This document shows, in pieces, positions 19,848-31,348 of a DNA stretch of 64,000 nt. The first letter of the stretch is position 1, and every line of letters begins with the position of its first letter. Location: assembly GCA_023391625.1 (NCBI GenBank), contig JAEWAN010000023.1:31002-95001 (forward strand). The letters run 5' to 3'. The notes beneath the pieces were generated by a model. It did no database searches. It saw only the letters and a program-made list of their open reading frames with translations, and was not told the origin of the DNA. The DNA is from Bacteroidota bacterium (lineage in GTDB: Bacteria > Bacteroidota > Bacteroidia > Bacteroidales > Paludibacteraceae). A program made the position numbers and the translations under genes.

Positions 19848-21467
19848 TTAGAGAAACCGTTCTTTGTACCAGCTCCATACCGTAACTATCCGTTTTATCT
19901 TGATGCCTGTACCGGGAGGAGCAATAAACTCGCCCGGGCCGATAGTGTTTATTGCAGCATGATGCCAGTTGTAAGTATATCCCAGTTGTGTCCAGGGATA
20001 TGGGCTTGATGGGAGGTAGGAGTATTTTAAATTATTTGTAAACCACTTCCGGTGTTCTTGTGATGTGCCTGGAGGAAAATCTAAACTTGTTTCACTGTCA
20101 TTAATCTCCGGGTCGGGACAAGGACGGAATAAGTGATCACGCTCAGCATAAAAGAACATCAGGCAGTCATACGGAGAGTGGGGTGGAAGACCTAACATCT
20201 GGAGTATTTGCATACGGCATTCCAGTGAATCAGAGCAAAGCGGTGAAAGTCGCAAATGTTCTTCAAGGTCATAGGGTAGCGTAACCCATAAGTATCGGTT
20301 TTCAGGTATGGAATTGCAATCTTCCGGCCAGCTCTGTGCTTTTGCTGATGAGGTCATGGTACAAACCAGAATGAAAGGTTTTTTATCTTTGCCTTCTATC
20401 CACTCCATACGGTAATTATCGCCGGGAGATGTAATTGCCGGTAAAGAATGGCAAATTTTCCGGGCTGTTGGAGTACACGCGTTCTCTACGGCTGTAAGAT
20501 ACTCTTGTTTTAGTCGGACGGTATCAAGATACCATGATTCAGCTTCATGCCATGGAATGGTATCTATAACCAAATAAGGCTGTAACTGATAGGGACGGGA
20601 AGCAGTGGTGTCTTGCCAGGAAAAGAAAAAATGTTCCAGGGGAATTATATCGTTTTTTCTTGTACCGGGTTCAGGACTTGTATAAGGAACGGTAAAAAGA
20701 AGGATGTCATCATTGGTAAAATCGGGTGTTCCATTGTTGTCTATCCCTATAATAAGTTTCCACTGTTCGTTTTCCTCTCTCCATTTTGTAAGCACAGGAC
20801 GGTTGGCACGCAGCTGTGCTGTAAGCCATGCGGCGAAAACGGACGAAGAAGAAAAGGTGGGGTATAGATTGCCCTGTTCGTTAAAGGGAAACGGATCGTC
20901 AGGTTTTACGAGATCCTGTTTGTCATAATTGCTGCGGTAACTGCTGGCTGCAATCTTTAGCTCCGCTTGTAGGCTGAAGTAGCGGTACAAATCTTCAAGA
21001 GCAGGTACAGTCTGGGAGTGCTTATCATCATTGCCGTAGATAGTGGAATCGTTGAAGTTAAGCGGTCGGGGTGAGTTTACACTCGTGTATTGTTTCTCCA
21101 GATTCCCAATGGAATCAAAATAATGTTGTAATGAAAAAATACGAATATCTTTGTGGCATAACTCCCCGGTGTCAGGTCGCATATTTTTGATACAGGGGAG
21201 AATGGTAAGCGTATCGTTAGAACTGAGAGAACTGAAATCGGATATATTTTGATAAAAAGAGAAATTCTTTCTATTGTAATTACACCCCCTTTTCGTGTCT
21301 TTTTCTATGACATCGTTCACGGTAAGTGTCATAGAATTTTCCGGTTGGAGGTTTCGTTCGGTAGTAGTCAGTGGTTTATTTTGCCGACAAGCACTTAGTG
21401 CAAAGAAAAAAATGGCTGTAAAAACAGCTGTATGCCGGATTTGCTTTTTCAGACACGAGGAATCCAT
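19848..21467 (-). CDS. Two-domain hypothetical lipoprotein (degenerate C39-like peptidase domain plus YPWTxLGYTY domain)
   Basis: Lipobox LSAC. WKLIIGIDNNGT...DDILL resembles C39-like peptidases. C-terminal LGLPP...LFRPCPDPEI...YPWTQLGYTYNW. Confidence 0.55.
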   Translation of the reverse strand: MDSSCLKKQIRHTAVFTAIFFFALSACRQNKPLTTTERNLQPENSMTLTVNDVIEKDTKRGCNYNRKNFSFYQNISDFSSLSSNDTLTILPCIKNMRPDTGELCHKDIRIFSLQHYFDSIGNLEKQYTSVNSPRPLNFNDSTIYGNDDKHSQTVPALEDLYRYFSLQAELKIAASSYRSNYDKQDLVKPDDPFPFNEQGNLYPTFSSSSVFAAWLTAQLRANRPVLTKWREENEQWKLIIGIDNNGTPDFTNDDILLFTVPYTSPEPGTRKNDIIPLEHFFFSWQDTTASRPYQLQPYLVIDTIPWHEAESWYLDTVRLKQEYLTAVENACTPTARKICHSLPAITSPGDNYRMEWIEGKDKKPFILVCTMTSSAKAQSWPEDCNSIPENRYLWVTLPYDLEEHLRLSPLCSDSLECRMQILQMLGLPPHSPYDCLMFFYAERDHLFRPCPDPEINDSETSLDFPPGTSQEHRKWFTNNLKYSYLPSSPYPWTQLGYTYNWHHAAINTIGPGEFIAPPGTGIKIKRIVTVWSWYKERFL

Positions 21468-21909
21468 TATTGAGTGGGTGTTTTATATGAATTTTAATGT
21501 GAATCTACTGTGTTTGTTGCATTCTAAAAAAACTACAATAGGCCTTTCAAGCTTATACTCACAACGATATATCAATGTGGGCTTTATTCACTAAGAACAA
21601 AATTACAAAAATATTATTACCGGACGGGAAAAAGGTTTTGGGTTTGTTCTTCATTAACTTTATTGTATCGAAGAAAATGGATGATAACGGTTTATAAGCA
21701 ACAGAACAACGAATTTTTATACCGGTGGTTGTAAGTGGCAGAATGATTTTATTTTATCTGTTTGTTTTTCTGTGTGTTGCCTTGCTGGTTTATATAAGAT
21801 ATTTTATGTCGTAAAGATGAAATAGCAACATACTTTGAGCTTTTGAGCAAAATTAAATAGAAATTTCAGCCTTATCTTTGCACTGTAAGTTTTAAATAAA
21901 TGACCGATT

Positions 21910-22440
21910 ATGAAAATAGTTATTCTAACTGGAAGTCCGCGAAAAAAGGGAAATTCCAATTCTTTGGCAGAACAGTTTGCCAAAGGTGCGGGTGAAGCCG
22001 GACATGAAGTCTTTAAATTTGATTGTGCAAAACAAAAAGTTGGGGGATGTCTGGCTTGTGATTTTTGCGGAATGGATGGGCCCTGTTCTCAAAAAGATGA
22101 TTTTTCTAATATCCTTCGTCCGCAACTGGAGGCAGCAGATATGATTGTTTTGGTTTCTCCTATCTATTATTATGGCTTGTCATCCCAGTTAAAAACTGTT
22201 ATTGACCGATTTTATGCATTGAATGAGGCCGTTCAGAATAAGAAGAGCGCCTTGATTGTGACGATGGCGGATGAGACATATTCCTCGGCTTTCAGTGCCG
22301 TGGATCATTATCATGCATTGGGAGAATACCTTCGTTGGCAGAATGTAGGAGAGCTTGTAGGTCTGGGTTTATGGGGGAAGGATGACGTTTCCGGTTCTCC
22401 CTATGTTTCGCAAGCTTATGAACTGGGTAGAAGCCTGTAA
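21910..22440 (+). CDS. Iron-sulfur flavoprotein / NADPH-dependent FMN reductase family
   Basis: GSPRKKGNS FMN loop, Cx2Cx2Cx5C, SPIYYY, LK..IDR. Confidence 0.88.
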   Translation: MKIVILTGSPRKKGNSNSLAEQFAKGAGEAGHEVFKFDCAKQKVGGCLACDFCGMDGPCSQKDDFSNILRPQLEAADMIVLVSPIYYYGLSSQLKTVIDRFYALNEAVQNKKSALIVTMADETYSSAFSAVDHYHALGEYLRWQNVGELVGLGLWGKDDVSGSPYVSQAYELGRSL

Positions 22441-22722
22441 AATAGTGCCTTGCTGATTTTTAGGTATAGGAGTGTAAAAGTATAGAAGAGGCAGCGGGTA
22501 GCTTTATGTTAAATTCATTTAGGGGAATGTAATCTATTCCTAAGAATATTAATCGGGAATGTATAGAGTAAAATCTGAGTGTGTTTGACCTTGATCTTAT
22601 TCCGGAGGAGAAAAGGATGGCACTCATCTGTTCGTTCAGTCTGTTGATTTTAATGGCTTATGCCTCCTAATCCGGCATCTGTAAAATTTCTTTTAATATG
22701 ATAAACAGTTTGATTATAAAAA

Positions 22723-23286
22723 ATGAATATGAAAAATATTTTGGTAATTAGCGGTCATACAGATCTCAATGCTTCTGTAGCGAATAAAACCATTCTTGAA
22801 ACCTTGGAGCAACGTATGCCGGAAGCGGAAATTGTAAAGCTTGATAAACTTTATCCTGATTTTAAAATAGATGTGGAAGTAGAGCAGCAAAGGCTGCTTA
22901 AAGCAGATATTATTGTATTTCAATTTCCTATTTTTTGGTATTCTGCACCTTCCTTATTGGAGCGTTGGATGGAAGAAACATTCCGACATGGGTTTTCGCA
23001 TGGCAGTACCGGTAACAAATTGAAAGGTAAGAAACTGGTGCTGTCTTTCACTACCGGATCTCCGGAAGCAATGTATAGTCGTGAAAGTCCGACGGGATAT
23101 ACGATTGAAGATTTTTTTCCCTGTTACAAAGCAACCTGTAAACTTTGTCAAATGGATTTTGCCGGTTATGTATACACCGGAGGGGTGAGTTATGGAAACC
23201 GTACTACTCCGGAACTGATTGAACAACAGAAAACAATCTCTGTGAAACATGCCGAACGGCTTATTCAGTTATTGGATACTCTTTGA
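22723..23286 (+). CDS. NAD(P)H-dependent oxidoreductase (Flavodoxin_2, KefF/YwrO-like)
   Basis: EQQRL..AD.IVFQFP.FWYS.P.LL..W motif; TTG. Confidence 0.88.
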   Translation: MNMKNILVISGHTDLNASVANKTILETLEQRMPEAEIVKLDKLYPDFKIDVEVEQQRLLKADIIVFQFPIFWYSAPSLLERWMEETFRHGFSHGSTGNKLKGKKLVLSFTTGSPEAMYSRESPTGYTIEDFFPCYKATCKLCQMDFAGYVYTGGVSYGNRTTPELIEQQKTISVKHAERLIQLLDTL

Positions 23287-23541
23287 TGTTTAAAAACAGA
23301 CAGCAGTTTTTTGACTATGTTGTTTTCAGCCGTTTTTAGTAGGATATCTGCTTGAGCGGGATTGGTATAATATAATTATGTACATATTAGATATCAAATG
23401 ATATCGGTTTCATTATAAAAATCCCTTTATTTCTGTTCCGAAAATTGGAAAAGAATGAAATAAAGGGATTTTCTAAGGTTTAGGGTTAAGAAATTTTGTT
23501 TGAATGATTATTGTTATAAACAATCATTTATTTGTTTTCGC

Positions 23542-24504
23542 TTAGTTTATTATTGGAAAATCAATGCTTTCACCTTCTTCATTCCAATTTTCTATGGTGA
23601 AGTCTCCGGTGTCCGCTCCAGATAAAATTTTGCCAATGCTGATATTTAGTGTAAACTTTGTATTAGCAGCCAATGTGGAATTAAGAACTTTAGAAACTTC
23701 GTGTACAGAACCGTCCTGTAAGGTAATAAATATTTTTAGCAGAGGATTTTCGGCAGAAGGAAATAGCATAACAGTAGCATTACTCATAGTAGTACCGTCT
23801 TCTGAGCGGGTAAGATCAAATTTTACTGTTTTGCTCATATTTTCCGGTTCGGCTGTATAGAAATTTAGTTTCTCAGCAATGCTTCCTATGTGAGCCTGCA
23901 TGCTTGTTACATCAGAACTAAATGCACTTCCGTCTTTTTTCTTGACAATAATTTTTAGTGCGGCACCAACCCTGTTTAATGATGCTTGTAAGTCTTCTTT
24001 CCCAATTTCTGTTTCTTTGATAGCATGTACTAAATCATATACGGGCATGTAAGTTCCGTCATTATTGCTTCTTAAACTGAAGTAAAGTTTTGACAAATCT
24101 GCACCGCTAGTAAGTCCCGGGTGGCTAATGGCCGGAGAGTTATAAATTGGTTCGTTATATTTAGGAGTACCCCAATATACCATGTTGTAGGAACCTATGG
24201 GAAGTTTTATTTCACGGTCATACTCTCCGGAAATATGTCCTTTTAATACTGTGTAATATCCGTTAAATACTGTAAGTTTTCCGTTTACATAATTACCGTA
24301 GTAAATGGAGCTTTCTTCGTTACAGGGATATACTTCCAGAATACCGGTAAACGGATTGGAACTGAGCGGGTCTGCTACCATAACTCTTAGTTGCGGAGTT
24401 ATTAATTCTTGTTTGGGTAGAAAATCACAGTTTCTTTCGTCAGAACATGCGGTTACCAGGATAAGGATGAGTAAACAAATAAAAGGAGTGATAAATTTTT
24501 TCAT
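23542..24504 (-). CDS. FimB/Mfa2-like fimbrial lipoprotein
   Basis: Lipobox VTAC, LP.G.Y.M..WG, L.R and C-terminal F.I.NW.E strand typical of type V pilins. Confidence 0.65.
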   Translation of the reverse strand: MKKFITPFICLLILILVTACSDERNCDFLPKQELITPQLRVMVADPLSSNPFTGILEVYPCNEESSIYYGNYVNGKLTVFNGYYTVLKGHISGEYDREIKLPIGSYNMVYWGTPKYNEPIYNSPAISHPGLTSGADLSKLYFSLRSNNDGTYMPVYDLVHAIKETEIGKEDLQASLNRVGAALKIIVKKKDGSAFSSDVTSMQAHIGSIAEKLNFYTAEPENMSKTVKFDLTRSEDGTTMSNATVMLFPSAENPLLKIFITLQDGSVHEVSKVLNSTLAANTKFTLNISIGKILSGADTGDFTIENWNEEGESIDFPIIN

Positions 24505-25060
24505 GATTTTAAATTTTAGAACATTGCTGTTAAAGTTAAAAAAAGGTTTTCCTGTTCATCCCGGATGACCAGATTTTTATAATCTATGAAAAGGAAAGAT
24601 AATTGTTTTATGTTACACACACTTATACAGAATTAAAGCTTTGTTGTATCATGCAACATTTGAATTTGCATGGAACTCTTTAAAACTGTATATTAAAAAA
24701 ACAAAATGTAAATAGAAAAGTTCATTTTAAAGTCGCTTTTTATTTCCGTAGAACTTATGTGTTTCTTTCTGTTTGATTGTTATATATTTGAAAAAGATCA
24801 TTGATAAATCAGCATTTTTTGTTTTCAATGATATAGTTTGAGGTGTTTTGATTTATCCAATAAAAAAGTACCACTCCTGACTTAATCCATATTAGGTTAA
24901 GAATGGTACTTTTTCATAGCTCTGACTTTCTGTGATTTATAGATTGCGAGCTTCTGTCCTAAACATTTGAAGTAACACCCCAGAAGTCGGAGAACTTTTG
25001 AGGTGTATTTCACTCTCTGGTTTTTGAAACGACTCCTTTGGTTCAGAATGAAGGTACTCG

Positions 25061-26371
<1,311 letters not shown>

Positions 26372-26455
26372 TTATTTAGTTGGTTGATTTGTTTATTTTG
26401 ATTTGTCGGAATTTTGTAATAGCCGGAATCATACCGGTTATATATATTTTGCTTA

Positions 26456-26569
26456 TTATAGTGCTGCTTGGCAGCACATTCGGGATAGGACAAACATCAC
26501 GCAACAAACCCCGGCTTTTGGGAAGCGGTTAGTCTGCTGCTTATATGTGATGTTTGTTAAAGTGGTCAT
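26456..26569 (-). CDS. Putative Cys/Met-rich leader peptide (37 aa)
   Basis: MTTLTNITYKQQTNRFPKAGVCCVMFVLSRMCCQAAL* lies between the -7 box (26592-26599) and metY. Confidence 0.6.
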   Translation of the reverse strand: MTTLTNITYKQQTNRFPKAGVCCVMFVLSRMCCQAAL

Positions 26570-26621
26570 GTGTGTATTGTGTGTGATGATGCAAAAATAG
26601 ATGCCCGTTCCCGTTTGGTAA

Positions 26622-26639
26622 ATACCACAAATATGGTAT
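26622..26639. promoter_or_regulatory. 18-bp palindromic operator upstream of the metY promoter
   Basis: ATACCACAAATATGGTAT; its reverse complement matches 27726-27743 at 17/18 positions. Confidence 0.65.
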
Positions 26640-26660
26640 ATTGTTCAAGTGTATATATAA

Positions 26661-26689
26661 AAAAAGCTAAGTCCGCGACTTAGCTTTTT
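26661..26689 (-). terminator. cysK terminator
   Basis: aaaaagctaagtc-cgc-gacttagcttttt perfect hairpin. Confidence 0.8.
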
Positions 26690-26696
26690 GTTGTTT

Positions 26697-27644
26697 TTAT
26701 AACGGATATTCATCGAAAGCGTATAAGACTGTGGATAAATACCGCTCTCCCGTATCGGGTAGTATGGCCACAATATTTTTTCCTTTATTTTCCGGTAGCG
26801 CTGCTAACTGTGCTGCGGCGTATACGGCAGCTCCCGCAGAGATACCTACCAGCAAGCCTTCTGATTTAGCCAGTTCCCGGCTTGTCCGGATGGCAGCATC
26901 ATTGTCAACCGGTATTATTTTGTCAACAATAGCTGCATCGTATGTCTTGGGAATGAATCCTGCTCCAATACCCTGTATTTTATGTGGACCGGGTTTCCCT
27001 CCGGAGAGAACTGGAGAATCAGCAGGCTCTACTGCAATAATCTGTATGTTCGGATTAAGTTCCTTTAAGCGTTTTCCTGTTCCGCTTACGGTTCCTCCTG
27101 TTCCTACTCCGGCCACAAAGATATCTACTTTGCCGTCGGTGTCGCGCCAGATTTCTTCCGCAGTTGTGCGTACATGCACTTCCGGGTTTGCCGGGTTTTC
27201 AAATTGTTGCAGGATAACAGCATTTTCAGTTTCTTTTTGCAGTGATTCTGCTTTGGTTATAGCTCCTTTCATACCTTCTGCTCCCGGAGTAAGTACAATC
27301 ACTGCTCCTAAAGCTTTCAGCAGATTCCGGCGTTCAAGGCTCATGGTCTCAGGCATGGTGAGGATTAATTTATATCCCTTGGTTGCAGATACAAAAGCCA
27401 GCCCTATTCCGGTGTTTCCGCTTGTCGGTTCTATAATGGTAGAGCCCGGTTTAAGAATACCTTTAGCTTCGGCGTTTTCAATCATAGCCAGAGCTATACG
27501 GTCTTTTACGCTTCCCAATGGATTGAAATATTCCAGTTTCCCTATTACATGTGCCTGTAATCCGTGTTGTTTTTCAAAAGAACTTAGTTCTAAGAGGGGG
27601 GTGTTACCTATCAGGTCTGTCAGTTTTTTCGCGATTCGTGCCAT
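26697..27644 (-). CDS. cysK: Cysteine synthase A
   Basis: [12 protein letters not shown] lysine, [30 protein letters not shown]. Confidence 0.97.
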   Translation of the reverse strand: MARIAKKLTDLIGNTPLLELSSFEKQHGLQAHVIGKLEYFNPLGSVKDRIALAMIENAEAKGILKPGSTIIEPTSGNTGIGLAFVSATKGYKLILTMPETMSLERRNLLKALGAVIVLTPGAEGMKGAITKAESLQKETENAVILQQFENPANPEVHVRTTAEEIWRDTDGKVDIFVAGVGTGGTVSGTGKRLKELNPNIQIIAVEPADSPVLSGGKPGPHKIQGIGAGFIPKTYDAAIVDKIIPVDNDAAIRTSRELAKSEGLLVGISAGAAVYAAAQLAALPENKGKNIVAILPDTGERYLSTVLYAFDEYPL

Positions 27645-27725
27645 ATCTTTTTATTTTAGATGATTGATTTTACTTGTTGTATTATTTTGTCGTTACAAAG
27701 GTACCGTATCGGTTTTGTTGCAAAA

Positions 27726-27743
27726 ATAGCATATTTGTGGTAT
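27726..27743. promoter_or_regulatory. 18-bp palindromic operator between cysK and the LuxR regulator
   Basis: ATAGCATATTTGTGGTAT, 22 bp from the cysK -7 box (TACCTTTG on minus strand, 27696-27703). Confidence 0.65.
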
Positions 27744-27804
27744 ATTGAACCGGATTCAAATAACTATCTTTGTATTAAATCAGTAGTCCGATTAAAAACG
27801 AGGT

Positions 27805-28455
27805 ATGAAAATATACATTGTAGCAGATAACCAGTTTATAACCAGTGAAGGTCTGGTAGTCCTGCTCCGGAAGATATCCGGAGATGATAGTGTCATCCTG
27901 CGGGTAAAAACAAAAAAGGAGTTGCAGGACAAACTGACAGATCATCCTGCGGCTATTGTTGTGCTGGATTATACGTTATTTGATTTTATCTCTTTGGAAC
28001 AAATGCTGATTGTTAAAGCTGCATATAAAAGGTCGTCTTGGGTTCTTTTTTCGGAAGAGTTGGGGGAAAGTTTCCTTCGCCGGGTTCTGGCCATTGATCC
28101 GACCTTGAGCATTGTTATGAAGCAGGATTCGGAGAAGCAACTCTTAATGGTATTGCAGTCTGCCTCTGAAGGGATTCCGTGTATTTGTGAATCGGTGGAG
28201 CAACTCCTCCAGTCGGCTATAAAAGAAAATGTTGCACAGTCGGACAAACTTACCCCTTCTGAAAAGGTTATTCTTCGAGAAATAGCTATGGGAAAAACAA
28301 CTAAGGAAATAGCTTATGAGAAAAACCTTAGTTTTCATACCGTTAATTCCCATCGTAAGAATATATTCCGTAAACTGGAAATAAACAACGTGCATGAGGC
28401 TGTGAAATATGCTATCCGTGCCGGGATTCTGGATATTGCCGAATATTATATTTAG
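27805..28455 (+). CDS. NarL/LuxR-family response regulator (no adjacent kinase)
   Basis: Receiver-like N-terminus; LT..E..IL..IA.G.TTKEIA....LS.HTV..HRKNIFRKL HTH. Confidence 0.9.
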   Translation: MKIYIVADNQFITSEGLVVLLRKISGDDSVILRVKTKKELQDKLTDHPAAIVVLDYTLFDFISLEQMLIVKAAYKRSSWVLFSEELGESFLRRVLAIDPTLSIVMKQDSEKQLLMVLQSASEGIPCICESVEQLLQSAIKENVAQSDKLTPSEKVILREIAMGKTTKEIAYEKNLSFHTVNSHRKNIFRKLEINNVHEAVKYAIRAGILDIAEYYI

Positions 28456-28893
28456 CTGAATTTTGCAAAATGGATTTGCAACTTGCAGCCTGTTTTTGTG
28501 GTACAAACTGTAATCAGGAAAAAGTTGTTTGGCGAAAATGGATGATAGAAAATCAGACTCTGTATTGTATCTTATGTTTAAAAGGGTTGGCTGAATGGCT
28601 GTAATTCCTTGTTTCTATAGACAAAATCTTCGGGATACTATCCCGGAGATTTTTTGTATTGACCAGAATCGGAATAATATTAGGAGGTAAATATTTTTAT
28701 TCTGGGGTGGACAGAATAAAAATATTTGATAGGGAAAATATTTCTTTATATAGGCTGAGAGGCTTTTAAAAACGTTTTTTTGCCGCTTTGGTCAGAATAA
28801 AAACCATGTTGAATAGTTGGGAAACATGTCCTAACATATAGTATTTTATATTTGCTGTCAGAAATTATGTAATTTAACTTTACAATAAAATAC

Positions 28894-31320
28894 ATGGAAA
28901 AAATGAAAAAGATTTGTTTTTTAAGTGCAATTGGAATGCTGTTCGGCATTCAGGCATTTTCTCAAGTGCCGGCATGGAATCCCGGATCAACATCGGACAA
29001 TGTGTTGTATGATCCGTCAGTAAGTTTACCGGGAAAATTTGACCCGAAGTGGACAGATGTTTATGTAAGTATTGAAAAGAGTGTCGTGGATTTAAAAGAC
29101 GGTATGTTAAAATTGGAAACCGACTCCGGTGCATTTTATGGGTATGAACTGAAAGCTGCTGATTTTGCTCCGGGTAATGCGTTTACTTTGGATGTCAAGG
29201 GGCAGATGCTTACGGAAGAATCTGTTTTCGGTGTAAACCTGGGATGGGGTACAGGAAAAAATATTCGTCTGGATTTTACGCAGAATTCTATTGTAGATGC
29301 TAAAACCAATACAGTATTGAAAGCTGATCTCACTTCTACGGAAATGGATAATTACCGTATTGTTGTGGAAAACGAGGAAGCTGCTCTTTATAAAAATTTT
29401 GATTTTATCACTCAGTTGGATGTTAATTCCAATGATGTGGTAAAAGACGGCGGTTTTGAAAGTATGACTACGGAAGAAGCTTCTGCTTATTGGGGACATG
29501 ATGGATATACAAAAATAGAGGTTGTTAATACGGAAAAACATTCCGGTGAAAGATCTATGATGTGGAATAATAATTGGAACGGACGTTTTATGCCTAATTT
29601 GGAAGTGTTGCCTAATGCAACTTATGAACTTTCTTTCTGGGCTAAAATGGTGACAGATAAGGGATGGGGCTCACAAGCCATGAATGGTGGTGTGTGGGTT
29701 GATAACGTAAAAGTGGCTAGTATGCAATTGATAGGTGATTCATGGAAGCAATATACTTGCACGTTTACAACCAGTTCTATTACAGAAACAGCTTATTGGG
29801 AACTTCATAACGGATGGGAGGATGCTAAGGATATTTCTATTTATTTTGATGATATAACATTAACCAGAACATCAGAAACATCATTTATACAGGTTGGTAA
29901 TATCTATCCGCAAAAGAAATCTACTATTAATGTAGGTAAAGTGTCTTTCCTGGATGGCAAGGTTTATCGTCCTGTTACACAGGCAGACCTGAATGCTTTA
30001 ATACAGGAAGCGGAAACTATTAAGGAAGCTGCTGTTCCGGGTAGCGCTGTAGGAAACTATCCTGCTTATGCGATAGAACGTTTTGAAACAGATATAAACA
30101 CAGCAAAACAAGCGGCAGGGGCTACTCCTGTTGTTGCAGAGCAGGTGGACACAGCATATGGTACATTGCAGAAAGCAATAGATTTGTTCAAGCGTTCAGA
30201 AATAACCGATGCCGCTACTCTGGAGTCAATCACGGTTTCCGTTAAAGATGATGTTTTGAAAGAAAATATGAGTACTTCTGTCCTTTTAAGCGGAAAACTG
30301 ACTAACGGTAGTGAGGCTGATTTGAGCATGGCTAAGGTAGAGTATAAGAGCTTGACACCGGAAACGGTTAATGTAAATGCTTCCGGAGTGGTAACTGCTT
30401 TAGCTCCCGGAGAAGGAAAAGTAGAAGTGAAAGTTACTTTGAACGCAGTTGAGAAAACAGAAAGCGTAACACTTACTGTAAAAGAATATAATCTTTCTGA
30501 AGTGAAATTAAATGCTTATAGCAGTAAAGTAGAGGTTGGTGAAGCTACAGGAACAAGTTATGTTGTGAAAATGAACGATGGAACAGAGCCGGCAGCTCAG
30601 GATATGACCATCGCATTCCAAAGTTTAACACCGGAGATTGCAACAATTTCTGAAGCTGGTACTGTTTTAGGAGTAGCAAAGGGTACGGCAAAGATTGAAT
30701 TGTCTGTTACCGTGTTTGGTAAAACATTGAAAGATGTTCTTGAGCTTCCGATTATTGAATTGGAAACAGTTACTATTACACCGGCCAGCACTTCATTGGA
30801 ACCTGAAAAACAATCTACTTATACATTGGCGGGAAAATATTCAGATGGCAGTTCCATAACACTGGATTACAGAAATTCAGTTATCTGGAGTGACAACCGC
30901 AATGTGGTAAGAGTGAATGACCGTGGTAATTTGGAAACAGTGAATGAAGGTATAGCTAATGTGGAAGTTATTGTAAAACGGGTAGGAGTAACAAAGAAAC
31001 ATAGTGTTAAGTTGGAAGTAAAAGGAGAAGGAGAACCAGTTGACCCTCCAGCACCACCAGAAACTGGTTTGGATATTGTTAAAGTGGCAGAAAGCACAGC
31101 TTACCCTCTTCCGTTTACAAGTGATTTGACAGTAAGTTCACCTGATGGAGTTAAAGAAATAGAAGTACTGGGCTTATCCGGAGTGAATATACTGTACCAG
31201 GCAGCTTCCGGTTCATCTAAGGAAACGTTTAATTTGGGTGCTTTGAATACTGGAATTTATTTGCTAAGGGTTACTGATAACAACGGAAACATCAGCACAC
31301 TGAAAATAACAAAACAATAA
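28894..31320 (+). CDS. Secreted multidomain protein: CBM4/9-like, FIVAR-like, Ig-like repeats, T9SS C-terminal domain
   Basis: Signal peptide ending before Q; DGGFE CBM-like start; repeated S..PE.A.V...G.V.A...G.A Ig motifs; YP.P...L..GIY...K C-terminus. Confidence 0.7.
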   Translation: MEKMKKICFLSAIGMLFGIQAFSQVPAWNPGSTSDNVLYDPSVSLPGKFDPKWTDVYVSIEKSVVDLKDGMLKLETDSGAFYGYELKAADFAPGNAFTLDVKGQMLTEESVFGVNLGWGTGKNIRLDFTQNSIVDAKTNTVLKADLTSTEMDNYRIVVENEEAALYKNFDFITQLDVNSNDVVKDGGFESMTTEEASAYWGHDGYTKIEVVNTEKHSGERSMMWNNNWNGRFMPNLEVLPNATYELSFWAKMVTDKGWGSQAMNGGVWVDNVKVASMQLIGDSWKQYTCTFTTSSITETAYWELHNGWEDAKDISIYFDDITLTRTSETSFIQVGNIYPQKKSTINVGKVSFLDGKVYRPVTQADLNALIQEAETIKEAAVPGSAVGNYPAYAIERFETDINTAKQAAGATPVVAEQVDTAYGTLQKAIDLFKRSEITDAATLESITVSVKDDVLKENMSTSVLLSGKLTNGSEADLSMAKVEYKSLTPETVNVNASGVVTALAPGEGKVEVKVTLNAVEKTESVTLTVKEYNLSEVKLNAYSSKVEVGEATGTSYVVKMNDGTEPAAQDMTIAFQSLTPEIATISEAGTVLGVAKGTAKIELSVTVFGKTLKDVLELPIIELETVTITPASTSLEPEKQSTYTLAGKYSDGSSITLDYRNSVIWSDNRNVVRVNDRGNLETVNEGIANVEVIVKRVGVTKKHSVKLEVKGEGEPVDPPAPPETGLDIVKVAESTAYPLPFTSDLTVSSPDGVKEIEVLGLSGVNILYQAASGSSKETFNLGALNTGIYLLRVTDNNGNISTLKITKQ

Positions 31321-31348
31321 TCTGATACTTAAAACAAATAATAGAGCA

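Noticed and set aside
24505..24860. Possible invertible promoter upstream of the fimbrial gene
   Set aside because: No convincing flanking inverted repeats and no nearby recombinase.
26731..27663. 310-aa ORF antisense to cysK
   Set aside because: Codon-register mirror of a conserved gene; no recognisable protein features.
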